Source: Patescibacteria group bacterium
Lineage (GTDB): Bacteria > Patescibacteriota > Dojkabacteria > JAKAPS01
Reading direction: 5' to 3'
Length of the DNA: 64,000 nt
Assembly: GCA_025450075.1 (NCBI GenBank)
Contig: JANWIC010000011.1
Location: 902-64,901 of the forward strand
A program made the translations under genes and the position numbers. The notes beneath the pieces were generated by a model, which was not told where the DNA came from, ran no database searches, and saw only the letters and a program-made list of their open reading frames with translations. Shown here piece by piece: positions 39,889 through 48,531 of the stretch; the stretch's first letter is position 1, and each line of letters starts with the position of its first letter.

Positions 39889-40995
39889 TTACAGAGATAA
39901 CTCCGCTTTCACAAAAGGTTCTAAATTTCCATCGAGAACACCATCCGCATCTGAGGTTTCCACTCCTGTCCTAAGATCTTTCACAAGTTTATATGGCTGA
40001 AGAACATAATTCCTAATCTGGTTTCCCCATCCTGCAACTTTGTATTCTCCTTTGATATCAGATTTTTCTTTTGCTGCTTTTTCTAACTCAAGTTGGAAAA
40101 GTTTTGCGCGAAGTCTTTTAAGAGCCATATCTTTGTTTTGATATTGCGTACGTTCTGATGATGAGACGACCACAATACCAGTTGGTTTATGAGTCAGCTG
40201 TACTTTTGTATTTACTTTATTCACATTCTGTCCGCCCGCTCCACCACTTCTGGATGCTTGAAATTCAATATCATCATCTTTAATATTTACTTCAGCATTA
40301 GATTCAATCACTGGCATTACTTCAACCAGAGCGAATGATGTTTGTCTTAATCCTTGTGCGTTAAATGGAGAGATACGAACAAGGCGATGTGCACCCATTT
40401 CATGTTTTAAGTAGCCATATACAAAAAGTCCAGATACAACAAGGGTAGCATTATCTATCCCTGCCTCACTTCCTTTTACCACTTCTTCTTCACTAATCTT
40501 CCATCCTTTGGATTGGATATATCGGGTATACATGCGATAAAGTATCTGAGCCCAATCACATGCTTCAGTTCCACCCTGGCCTGCATGGATGGAGATGATT
40601 GCATTTCCTTTATCATATTTACCTGATAAATAAGTGATTATCTCCAGATCCTCAGTTTTGTTCATGAGTGAAATGAGTGAGGTAGACATATCCTGAAGAA
40701 GATTTGAAATCTCTTCTTCACTCATTCCTGCATCATACATTTCTTTAAGTATTTCTTGAATATCTTTTGCTTCAGATTCTATTGATGAAATTCCTGTAAT
40801 CTGGTTTTCAAGAAAAGAAATTTCTTGCATAACTTTTTGAGCATGATCCGTATTTTGCCAAAAATCGGAAGTTAATGATTCTGCTCGAAGCATCTCAACC
40901 TTTTTTTCTAATGTAGGAATATTAAGTGAATCTTTAATTGTATGAATCTTTTCTAAAAGTTCAGCAAGCTTTTTTTCAATTTCGTATTTATCCAT
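39889..40995 (-). CDS. prfB: Peptide chain release factor 2, uninterrupted ORF
   Basis: [14 protein letters not shown] motifs. Confidence 0.97.
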   Translation of the reverse strand: MDKYEIEKKLAELLEKIHTIKDSLNIPTLEKKVEMLRAESLTSDFWQNTDHAQKVMQEISFLENQITGISSIESEAKDIQEILKEMYDAGMSEEEISNLLQDMSTSLISLMNKTEDLEIITYLSGKYDKGNAIISIHAGQGGTEACDWAQILYRMYTRYIQSKGWKISEEEVVKGSEAGIDNATLVVSGLFVYGYLKHEMGAHRLVRISPFNAQGLRQTSFALVEVMPVIESNAEVNIKDDDIEFQASRSGGAGGQNVNKVNTKVQLTHKPTGIVVVSSSERTQYQNKDMALKRLRAKLFQLELEKAAKEKSDIKGEYKVAGWGNQIRNYVLQPYKLVKDLRTGVETSDADGVLDGNLEPFVKAELSL

Positions 40996-41033
40996 AAATG
41001 TGGAAACAATGCTGCTATTATAGCATAAAAAGG

Positions 41034-41414
41034 TCAGTTTTTAGCAGTAAAGAATGTTTTTACTTCATCCTTTATTTGTGATGGAGAGAATGTAGCTTTA
41101 ATTATATAGCCATCTGCTTGTTCTTGGAATCCTTGAGTAATAACAGATTCATCAGAAACATTTGTAAGCAATATAACCGGAATTGCTGCGGTAAGCGGAT
41201 CAGATTTGAGAGCTTTTAATACTTCAAGCCCGCTCATCAAAGGCAACATAATATCAAGTAGGATAATATCTGGATGATATTCTAATGCGACTTTTAATCC
41301 TTCTTTTCCATCCAGAGCATTTTTTACTTCAAAACCATCTAGTTGGAAACTTTCCGCATAGATTTTTGCTAAATCTTTGTCGTCTTCAATAATGAGAATT
41401 TTTTTATTTGTCAT
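41034..41414 (-). CDS. Single-domain response regulator
   Basis: ILIIEDD, LLDIMLP, ADGYIIK. Confidence 0.92.
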   Translation of the reverse strand: MTNKKILIIEDDKDLAKIYAESFQLDGFEVKNALDGKEGLKVALEYHPDIILLDIMLPLMSGLEVLKALKSDPLTAAIPVILLTNVSDESVITQGFQEQADGYIIKATFSPSQIKDEVKTFFTAKN

Positions 41415-41419
41415 ATATC

Positions 41420-41953
41420 TTAAATATTAAATGCCTTTTTAATTGCGTCTGACATTGCTGTGGTAAACGCAACACTAATATTATCATACCCACTTATAGG
41501 AGAAACTTCAACTACCTGATTTTTCACGGCCTCACTGGCAAGTTGCTCGAGTATTGACATGTCTGTATTTTTAGGCAAAGTTAAAAAATCTACATTTGCT
41601 AATACCCCTTTTGAAATTGTAATCTTGATTATGAGTACACCATCTTGGGTAGAGGAAACACCAGTATATGTACCATCTTTGTATGCACCTGGCGGATTTA
41701 ATTTTGATCCATTAAGTGGTTGAACTGATTGAGCTCCTGTAGCGATTCCAACAGAAAATGTAGTTTCACTTCTGCTTGGATTTTTTTGGTTTGCTGAAGG
41801 TGCCGGATTTGTAACACCTGCAATTACACTTCCAAGAACAGGAACTTTTCTAAAATACTGGGGATCAGTTTTTCCAAGAATGAAAAGGATACCAAGTGCA
41901 GCGATCAGGATAGCAATGAGTACGGTATTTCTTCGGGTTTGTTTCTCTTCCAT
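41420..41953 (-). CDS. Membrane-anchored FMN-binding-domain protein (degenerate flavinylation motif)
   Basis: YKDGTYTG..ITISKG..SPISGYDNISVAF..A. Confidence 0.7.
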   Translation of the reverse strand: MEEKQTRRNTVLIAILIAALGILFILGKTDPQYFRKVPVLGSVIAGVTNPAPSANQKNPSRSETTFSVGIATGAQSVQPLNGSKLNPPGAYKDGTYTGVSSTQDGVLIIKITISKGVLANVDFLTLPKNTDMSILEQLASEAVKNQVVEVSPISGYDNISVAFTTAMSDAIKKAFNI

Positions 41954-41997
41954 TGATACTCTTAAAACACTAAATAGTATACTTCTTTAGTGTTAAA

Positions 41998-42026
41998 TTG
42001 ACAACTTCGCTCGACAAGACTATACT
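41998..42026 (+). promoter_or_regulatory. Sigma70-type promoter of the SPFH operon
   Basis: TTGACA-17 bp-TATACT. Confidence 0.75.
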
Positions 42027-42047
42027 CCTAATATTATCCTCATATAC

Positions 42048-42965
42048 ATGCCAAATAATTCTTCTTCACAATATCCAGGTGCCCATCTTAGTGCAGTTTC
42101 AGGAATTCTTTTTTTCATTATTATTGTTATAGGTGGCGTAATCGGACTAGGCTTTTTAAGTATTTCAACTACCGCAGCAATTGTACTTTGGGCAATAACA
42201 TTTCTAACAGCATGGGCAGCTTCTTCATCTTTAAAGATTGCCTCTCAATGGGAGAAAGCAGTCATTTTACGCTTAGGTAAATTTGCTTCTTTAAAAGGAC
42301 CTGGTATTTTTTTCATTGTCCCCTTTATTGACACCATCCCATACTGGATTGATCTTCGAACAATCACATCTACATTTAAAGCTGAACAGACACTAACAAA
42401 AGATAATGTTCCAGTAGATGTGGACGCAATTCTTTTTTGGAGAGTAATAGATCCAAAAAAAGCAGCACTTGAAGTTGCGGACTATTACGCTTCAGTAAGT
42501 CTTGCATCTCAAACAGCACTTCGGGATATGATCGGGAAAACAGAATTATCAATGATGCTTGCTGGAAGAGAGTCAATTGATGCAGGATTAAAAGAAATAA
42601 TTGATAAAAGAACAGAACCTTGGGGTATCGAGGTAATCAGCGTAGAGATCCGGGATGTGAATATTCCTCCTGCATTGCAATCTGCCATGAGTCAACAGGC
42701 ACAAGCTGAAAGAGAAAGACAAGCTCGTGTAATTCTTGGAGATTCTGAAAGACAAATTGCAGAAAAATTTGCAGAAGCTGCAAAACAATATGAGAACAAT
42801 CCGACAGCACTCCATCTAAGAGCCATGAATATGCTTTATGAAGGATTAAAAGAAAAAGGTGCTCTCATTATCGTTCCATCATCTGCACTTGATACGATGA
42901 ACCTTGGAACCATTTCTGGATTAAGTGCAATGGAACAAGAATCAAGAAGCAGAAGAACGTCATGA
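42048..42965 (+). CDS. SPFH/band-7 (stomatin/slipin) protein
   Basis: WEKAVILRLG, GPG, LTKDNVPV, QAQAERERQA. Confidence 0.95.
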   Translation: MPNNSSSQYPGAHLSAVSGILFFIIIVIGGVIGLGFLSISTTAAIVLWAITFLTAWAASSSLKIASQWEKAVILRLGKFASLKGPGIFFIVPFIDTIPYWIDLRTITSTFKAEQTLTKDNVPVDVDAILFWRVIDPKKAALEVADYYASVSLASQTALRDMIGKTELSMMLAGRESIDAGLKEIIDKRTEPWGIEVISVEIRDVNIPPALQSAMSQQAQAERERQARVILGDSERQIAEKFAEAAKQYENNPTALHLRAMNMLYEGLKEKGALIIVPSSALDTMNLGTISGLSAMEQESRSRRTS

Positions 42966-43486
42966 TCATTTTGCTTTTAACACTTTTTTTTGTAGCGATC
43001 ATAACAATATCCCTCCTGATAGGTGCAATAGGAGTTCCATATGTACCGACCCCTTCAAAAGTTATACGTTCAATTGACCAGTTAGGACTAATTAAGGATG
43101 GGACAAATATTGTTGAATTAGGATCAGGAGATGCAAAATTTTTGAGGTATTTTTTTTCTAAATATCAAGTTAATGCTCAGGGATATGAAATTGCGCCGAT
43201 GTTAATCTTTGCCTCGTTTCTTTTGTGCTGGAGGACTAAATGCAAAACAAAAAGAAAAGAGCTTGTCATCCATGCAAAAAGTTTTTCATCTGCAGATATC
43301 TCCAAAACTGATGTAGTCTATTGCTATCTCCTTCCTCAAACATTAAAAAAACTTGCACCAAATTTTCAAACGATGAAAAAAGGATCCTTAATAATCTCCT
43401 ATGATTTTGCAATCCATGAACTCCCTGTTGAGCAGGTTTTGAAGCTGCCAAAAGGAAAGAAAATCCTTGTTTATAGAATAGTCTAA
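42962..43486 (+). CDS. Membrane-anchored class I SAM methyltransferase (FAM173-like)
   Basis: N-terminal TM, VPYVPT, ELGSGDAK, GYEI, DVVYCYL, ISYDF. Confidence 0.82.
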   Translation: MIILLLTLFFVAIITISLLIGAIGVPYVPTPSKVIRSIDQLGLIKDGTNIVELGSGDAKFLRYFFSKYQVNAQGYEIAPMLIFASFLLCWRTKCKTKRKELVIHAKSFSSADISKTDVVYCYLLPQTLKKLAPNFQTMKKGSLIISYDFAIHELPVEQVLKLPKGKKILVYRIV

Positions 43487-43555
43487 AAGTACTGTTCAGC
43501 TAGCATTTTTCACTCCATTCAGTTAGAATAATCACAGTATTTTATTCCATATTTA

Positions 43556-43816
43556 ATGGCAGCATTTCAAAAAATCCGACAGCAGCTAAGCAAGCTACAT
43601 GGGTTCTATTTCCCGAAAAACATGCTTCCCCATTCGTTTATCCATGGGGTACTCGGATTTTTAGGAGCAGCCTTAGGAGCAAAGATTGCCACGCTTTATC
43701 AAGTACAAAGTACTTTATTACTTTTAGTTTGCATCATTTGTGCTTACTTCATCATTTCTACACTTTTCAGTTTACTTGTATTGATCTTCCAATCATTCCT
43801 GTTTGGAGAGAAATAG
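43556..43816 (+). CDS. Small membrane protein
   Basis: Two hydrophobic helices. Confidence 0.55.
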   Translation: MAAFQKIRQQLSKLHGFYFPKNMLPHSFIHGVLGFLGAALGAKIATLYQVQSTLLLLVCIICAYFIISTLFSLLVLIFQSFLFGEK

Positions 43817-43855
43817 CTTTTGTATCTAACGAACTGATAGGTATATAATGCGATC

Positions 43856-44782
43856 ATGAAAATGATGGTTATTATACAAGGACAAACCGGTACAGGAAAA
43901 ACTGATCTTGCATATCAAATTGCAAAAAGTTGTAACGGTGAGATCATCAGTGCTGACTCCCGACAAATTTATAGGATGGCAGATATCGGGACGAATAAGG
44001 AGGTGTTTTCTGATATCCCAACTCATTTAATTGATATAGTTAATCCAAATGAATCTTATAGCGCATGGGAATTTAGAAAGGATTGCCTAGAAACGTTACA
44101 CACAATTCTTGCAAAAAATAAATTACCAATTATTGTCGGCGGTACCAATTTTTATATTGATGTACTAACTGGAAGAAGGAAACTTTCACCGATTGATGAA
44201 GCATTCAAGCTCTTTGAAAATGAACAACAAAAGCTTCTCAAAGATATTGATTTGACTTCTCTTCATAAAATGCTTTCTAATATCTCCCCGGAAGTATTCT
44301 CATCCTTGAATAACAGTGAAATGCATAACAAGATGCGTTTAATTCGAAAAATTGCCATGCATAGTTATTACAAATCACTTCCGCAGTATGAAGAAATCAA
44401 TCCTTTGGATGGATTTTTCATCATGCAAATTGGAATACAGGTTGATAAGCAATCATTGGAAGATATTATTGCAACACGCACAGAGAAAATGTTTCAGAAG
44501 GGGTTGATAAAAGAAGCGGCAGATATTGCAATACAATTTGGTACAGGTTGTACAATTATGCAAACAATTGGATACAAAGAGTTAATTCCAGTTATCAATC
44601 ATGATAAGCATGAATTGAAGAAGATAAAAAATGAAATTATGGTACATACCCTGCAGTATGCAAAACGCCAATTGACTTGGATGAAAAAAGATGAAAACAT
44701 TTCATGGATAGATAAAAGAGATGACCTTAGCAATAAGGTCATCTCTGAAGTTATTAAAAAAATAGAAACCAGTGTTATTTAA
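43856..44782 (+). CDS. miaA: tRNA dimethylallyltransferase
   Basis: GQTGTGKT, ISADSRQIY, DIGTNK, GGTNFY, TIGYKE, YAKRQLTW. Confidence 0.96.
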   Translation: MKMMVIIQGQTGTGKTDLAYQIAKSCNGEIISADSRQIYRMADIGTNKEVFSDIPTHLIDIVNPNESYSAWEFRKDCLETLHTILAKNKLPIIVGGTNFYIDVLTGRRKLSPIDEAFKLFENEQQKLLKDIDLTSLHKMLSNISPEVFSSLNNSEMHNKMRLIRKIAMHSYYKSLPQYEEINPLDGFFIMQIGIQVDKQSLEDIIATRTEKMFQKGLIKEAADIAIQFGTGCTIMQTIGYKELIPVINHDKHELKKIKNEIMVHTLQYAKRQLTWMKKDENISWIDKRDDLSNKVISEVIKKIETSVI

Positions 44783-45047
44783 CAGCTGCTTTCAGTGCCT
44801 TTCCTGCTCTGAATGCTGGAGTCTTTGTTTCAGCAATCTTTAACTGTGCACCAGTCTGTGGATTTCTTCCAACTCTTGCTGATCTCATTCTGACTTCAAA
44901 TTTTCCGAATCCAGTAATTAATACTGTTTCGCCATTCTTAAGAGCTTTTGTAACAGAATCAATGAATGCATTGACTGCTTCTTCTGCACTCTTCTTCGTA
45001 AGGCCACATCGATTTGCAACCTCATCTACAATATCTTGTTTTAACAT
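44775..45047 (-). CDS. hup: DNA-binding protein HU
   Basis: GFGKFE..GRNPQTG..PAFRAGKALK; strong SD AAAGGAGG. Confidence 0.97.
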   Translation of the reverse strand: MLKQDIVDEVANRCGLTKKSAEEAVNAFIDSVTKALKNGETVLITGFGKFEVRMRSARVGRNPQTGAQLKIAETKTPAFRAGKALKAAVK

Positions 45048-45131
45048 TTGTATCGCCTCCTTTCTGTTTTCAATATTTTCTAGAGTATAAATGTTTTGTT
45101 GAACAATTGCAAGTTTTTCCTATACTGACAA

Positions 45132-45938
45132 CTAATTCACGACATGATTAATTCTTTCTATTGATTTAACAACATTTTTTTCATCAATTGTTACAAGTAC
45201 TGAATTAACCATCCACGGCTTTTTTTCTTCAACTTCAAAACGTTCAAAGTGATATGGATTTAGCATCTTATTTATTATCGTTTCATATTTCACCCATAAA
45301 ACAGAATTGAGAGATCCAGCCATACCAACATCAGTAATGTATGCTGTTCCTTTATCTAATATCCGATCATCAGAAGTTTGCACATGAGTATGCGTCCCGA
45401 CAACAGCTTGTACTCTTCCGTCAAGGAAAAAGCCCATTGCAACTTTTTCACTTGTAGCTTCAGCATGAAAATCAACAAATATGATATCTACTTTGTCAGG
45501 AACATCATGTAGTTGTCCAAATTGTACTTTACGTAAAAATTCATCAGCAATACGAAAAGGGTTAAGCACTTCTTCTTTAATAAATACTTTTCCGATTAAG
45601 TTTAAAAGAAGAATTGTTTTATCTCCTACTTGTATCACTTTGTATCCTTTTCCAGGAAAATATTCAGGATAGTTGTACGGACGGATAACCAAAGAATCTT
45701 CTTTATTTAAATATTCAACAAAAGCCTGTTGATGCCATATGTCATTACCGGAAGTAAAATAGTCAACACCATAACTTTGTAATTCATTGATGACTTCTAC
45801 AGTTGCACCAATACCATGCGCAGCATTTTCACAATTTGCTATAACAAGATCAACTTCTTGTTTATACTTTTGTAAGAAATCTTTTACAGCAAGTCGTCCG
45901 GGCTTCGCAGAAATATCACCGATAAAAAGTATTTTCAT
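45132..45938 (-). CDS. ymdB: YmdB-family metallophosphoesterase
   Basis: FIGD, ENAAHG, VDFHAEATSEK, GTHTHV, TDVGM. Confidence 0.9.
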   Translation of the reverse strand: MKILFIGDISAKPGRLAVKDFLQKYKQEVDLVIANCENAAHGIGATVEVINELQSYGVDYFTSGNDIWHQQAFVEYLNKEDSLVIRPYNYPEYFPGKGYKVIQVGDKTILLLNLIGKVFIKEEVLNPFRIADEFLRKVQFGQLHDVPDKVDIIFVDFHAEATSEKVAMGFFLDGRVQAVVGTHTHVQTSDDRILDKGTAYITDVGMAGSLNSVLWVKYETIINKMLNPYHFERFEVEEKKPWMVNSVLVTIDEKNVVKSIERINHVVN

Positions 45939-46456
45939 GAGGGTAGTATATTATATTTTTTTATGTATTCGTTGAGATCTTTATCTTTCCAAATTCTTGC
46001 AGGGTTAGATACATAGCGTAAAAAGATATGACCATCCATATGATCTATTTCATGCTGAAAGATATGTGCAAGAAATCCATTGCATTGACGAGTAATACTT
46101 TTATTATCTTTTGTCAGGTATTTTACCGTAATCTTAATGTCTCTGCTGACTTTGCTAAATAATTGGTCATCTCCTACACCAACACTCATGCATCCCTCCC
46201 ATTCTTCACTTGTCTCTCCAGAGCGATATATTATTTCCGGATTAATAATATGGATGTACTTATTTCCCAGCTTTATAACACTTAAACGAAGAGGAATACC
46301 AACTTGAATAGCAGCAAGTCCGACACAATTATCTGTTGTCTTACATGTTTCAATCATATTTGCAATAAGGGTGGATAATTTCTCATCAAACTCTGTTATG
46401 GGTTGAGAAATTTGCAGGAGCGTATCATTTGGATATTGCAGGATCGGTAGTATCAT
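45935..46456 (-). CDS. def: Peptide deformylase
   Basis: GLAAIQ, EGCMS, QHEIDH. Confidence 0.96.
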   Translation of the reverse strand: MILPILQYPNDTLLQISQPITEFDEKLSTLIANMIETCKTTDNCVGLAAIQVGIPLRLSVIKLGNKYIHIINPEIIYRSGETSEEWEGCMSVGVGDDQLFSKVSRDIKITVKYLTKDNKSITRQCNGFLAHIFQHEIDHMDGHIFLRYVSNPARIWKDKDLNEYIKKYNILPS

Positions 46457-46461
46457 ATGTA

Positions 46462-48525
46462 TTAAGTTATATTGACCCGTTCAACATGAGAAACTTTTTG
46501 AATCTTTTTTAATTTTCTAATCAGTGTCTCAAGTTGACCTTTGGAAGTAACATTTACTGCGATTCTACCATTAAATCCATTATTATTCCATGAATCAAGT
46601 TTTTCTATCCCAATTTTCATATCAGATAAGAGTTTTGAAATCTCTTTGATCATCCCGGTATTATCCTGGGATGTCGTTTGAATATATAGACCTGTCAAAA
46701 ACTCTTTTTTCATGTTTGCCCATTCTGCTTCCAAAAGGACTTTGTAATCCAAAATTTCAAGTTCCTTACAATTTTTCCTATGAATCCTTATCCCTCGCGT
46801 TTTTGTTACATGTCCGATTATATCATCACCGGGTATTGGTGAACAACATTTTGCGATGCTGCAATCAATATTTTCAATTCCTTTTATCTTAACCAGATTC
46901 GCTTCTGAAATTTTTTCCGAAATGACTTTCCTCTCTTCATCCTCAAAAGGAATAAATTCAAGCTTTTCTTGCAATCGATTGGATTCTTCATTCTCTTTTT
47001 CGTCTTCTGCCTGTTCTTCTATTGCTTCCTCTTCCCGAAAAGCTCTTCGTATATTAGCACGGGCATAAGGAGTTTTGGCAAAATTAAGCCAGTCCATACT
47101 TGGCTTCACTCTTTTTTTATCAAGTAATACTTCAATTACATCACCAGTTTGAACTTCATAACTTAATGGTTTTATTACACCGTTCACTTTTACGCCTCTG
47201 CATGCATTTCCGATATTTGTATGGATAAGATATGCAAAATCTATTGCAGTTGCTCCTTTAGGAAGTTCTTTCACGTCTCCGTTAGGTGTAAAGACAAAGA
47301 CTTTGTCTTTAAAAACATCCACTTTATAGTATTCAATATTTTTTATTTCATCTCTCCATCTGACAAGGCTTTTTAAAAAGCCAATTTTGGATCCTAGGAT
47401 TGAAACATTCTTTTCCTTTTCTTTGTAATAGATATGTGATGCTGGCCCATATTCGTTATATTCCTGCATCTTGTAGGTTTTAATCTGCAATGCTGTCTTC
47501 ACTCCTTCTTTGCTAACAAGACATGTGTGGATTGATCGGTATCCATTACTTTTTGGTTTTGCAATATAGTCGTCAAAAAGATAAGCTAAATGCTCATGCT
47601 GACTATGCATAATACCGAGTACCCTATAACACTCTGAGATTGAATTAACAAGAATGGTTATACCGATAAGATCATTTACCTCTTTTATATCTTCGACAAG
47701 AAATTCACCATGTTTTTTCAACAACTTCCTGTAAATACTATACACACCTTTATGCCTGCCGAATACTTCTCCTTTAATATGATAGTCTTTTAATATCTTT
47801 GAAAAGTATGCAACATGCTTAGTGATAAAAGTTTCGCGATTAATACTTTTTCCTCCTTCTTTCAAAGCATTTGTGCGAAGATATGTTTCTATTTGCTCAT
47901 AAATTTCTGGCTCAATAATCTTGAAAGAATAATCTTCCAGTTTTTTTCGAAAGAAATTAATGCCGACAAAATCAGCCAACGGAGCATAGAATTTCAACGT
48001 TTCCAGTGCATTCTCCCTTTGTCTGTCTAGAGCAAGTGCTTGCACAGTCATAATATTATGCATCCTGTCTGCAAGCTTGATAAGAATTACTCTGATATCT
48101 TTTGTAGATGCAATCAGAAGTTTCCGAAGTGTTTCAAAATCATCTTGGGAATGCTTTACTTTTTTAGTTACTTTTTTGATTTTTGTTAATCCATCTACTA
48201 AAAATGCGGTATCTTCTCCAAATTTCTCTTTTATTTCATCAAGTGTCAGAGGTGTATCTTCAACTGTATCATGGAGAAGTGCGGCAATAACTGAGGATTC
48301 ATCAAGCTTAATTAATGCAGTGAAATATGCTACATAGAGAGGATGATGAATATATGCCTCTCCGGTTTTTCTTTTTTGTCCTTCATGGGAAAGAGAGGCA
48401 AGCGTGTATGCATCTTCTACTCGGGAAGTGTTCGATTTAGGGAAATTTGTTTTGAGAATCTTTATGATGCTCTCTATTGTAATATCTTCCCGTTCAATAT
48501 CTTCAAGGGTCTGGTAACCAATCAC
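46462..48525 (-). CDS. rel: Long RelA/SpoT homolog (HD, synthetase-like, TGS, ZFD, ACT)
   Basis: LLHDTVED, KLADRMHN, PKSNGYRSIH, FTPNGD..DFAYLIH, AKCCSPIPGD. Confidence 0.93.
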   Translation of the reverse strand: MIGYQTLEDIEREDITIESIIKILKTNFPKSNTSRVEDAYTLASLSHEGQKRKTGEAYIHHPLYVAYFTALIKLDESSVIAALLHDTVEDTPLTLDEIKEKFGEDTAFLVDGLTKIKKVTKKVKHSQDDFETLRKLLIASTKDIRVILIKLADRMHNIMTVQALALDRQRENALETLKFYAPLADFVGINFFRKKLEDYSFKIIEPEIYEQIETYLRTNALKEGGKSINRETFITKHVAYFSKILKDYHIKGEVFGRHKGVYSIYRKLLKKHGEFLVEDIKEVNDLIGITILVNSISECYRVLGIMHSQHEHLAYLFDDYIAKPKSNGYRSIHTCLVSKEGVKTALQIKTYKMQEYNEYGPASHIYYKEKEKNVSILGSKIGFLKSLVRWRDEIKNIEYYKVDVFKDKVFVFTPNGDVKELPKGATAIDFAYLIHTNIGNACRGVKVNGVIKPLSYEVQTGDVIEVLLDKKRVKPSMDWLNFAKTPYARANIRRAFREEEAIEEQAEDEKENEESNRLQEKLEFIPFEDEERKVISEKISEANLVKIKGIENIDCSIAKCCSPIPGDDIIGHVTKTRGIRIHRKNCKELEILDYKVLLEAEWANMKKEFLTGLYIQTTSQDNTGMIKEISKLLSDMKIGIEKLDSWNNNGFNGRIAVNVTSKGQLETLIRKLKKIQKVSHVERVNIT

Positions 48526-48531
48526 AAATTT

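Noticed and set aside
41964-41996. CIRCE (HrcA) element
   Set aside because: The arms only partly match TTAGCACTC/GAGTGCTAA and the spacer is 15 nt, not 9
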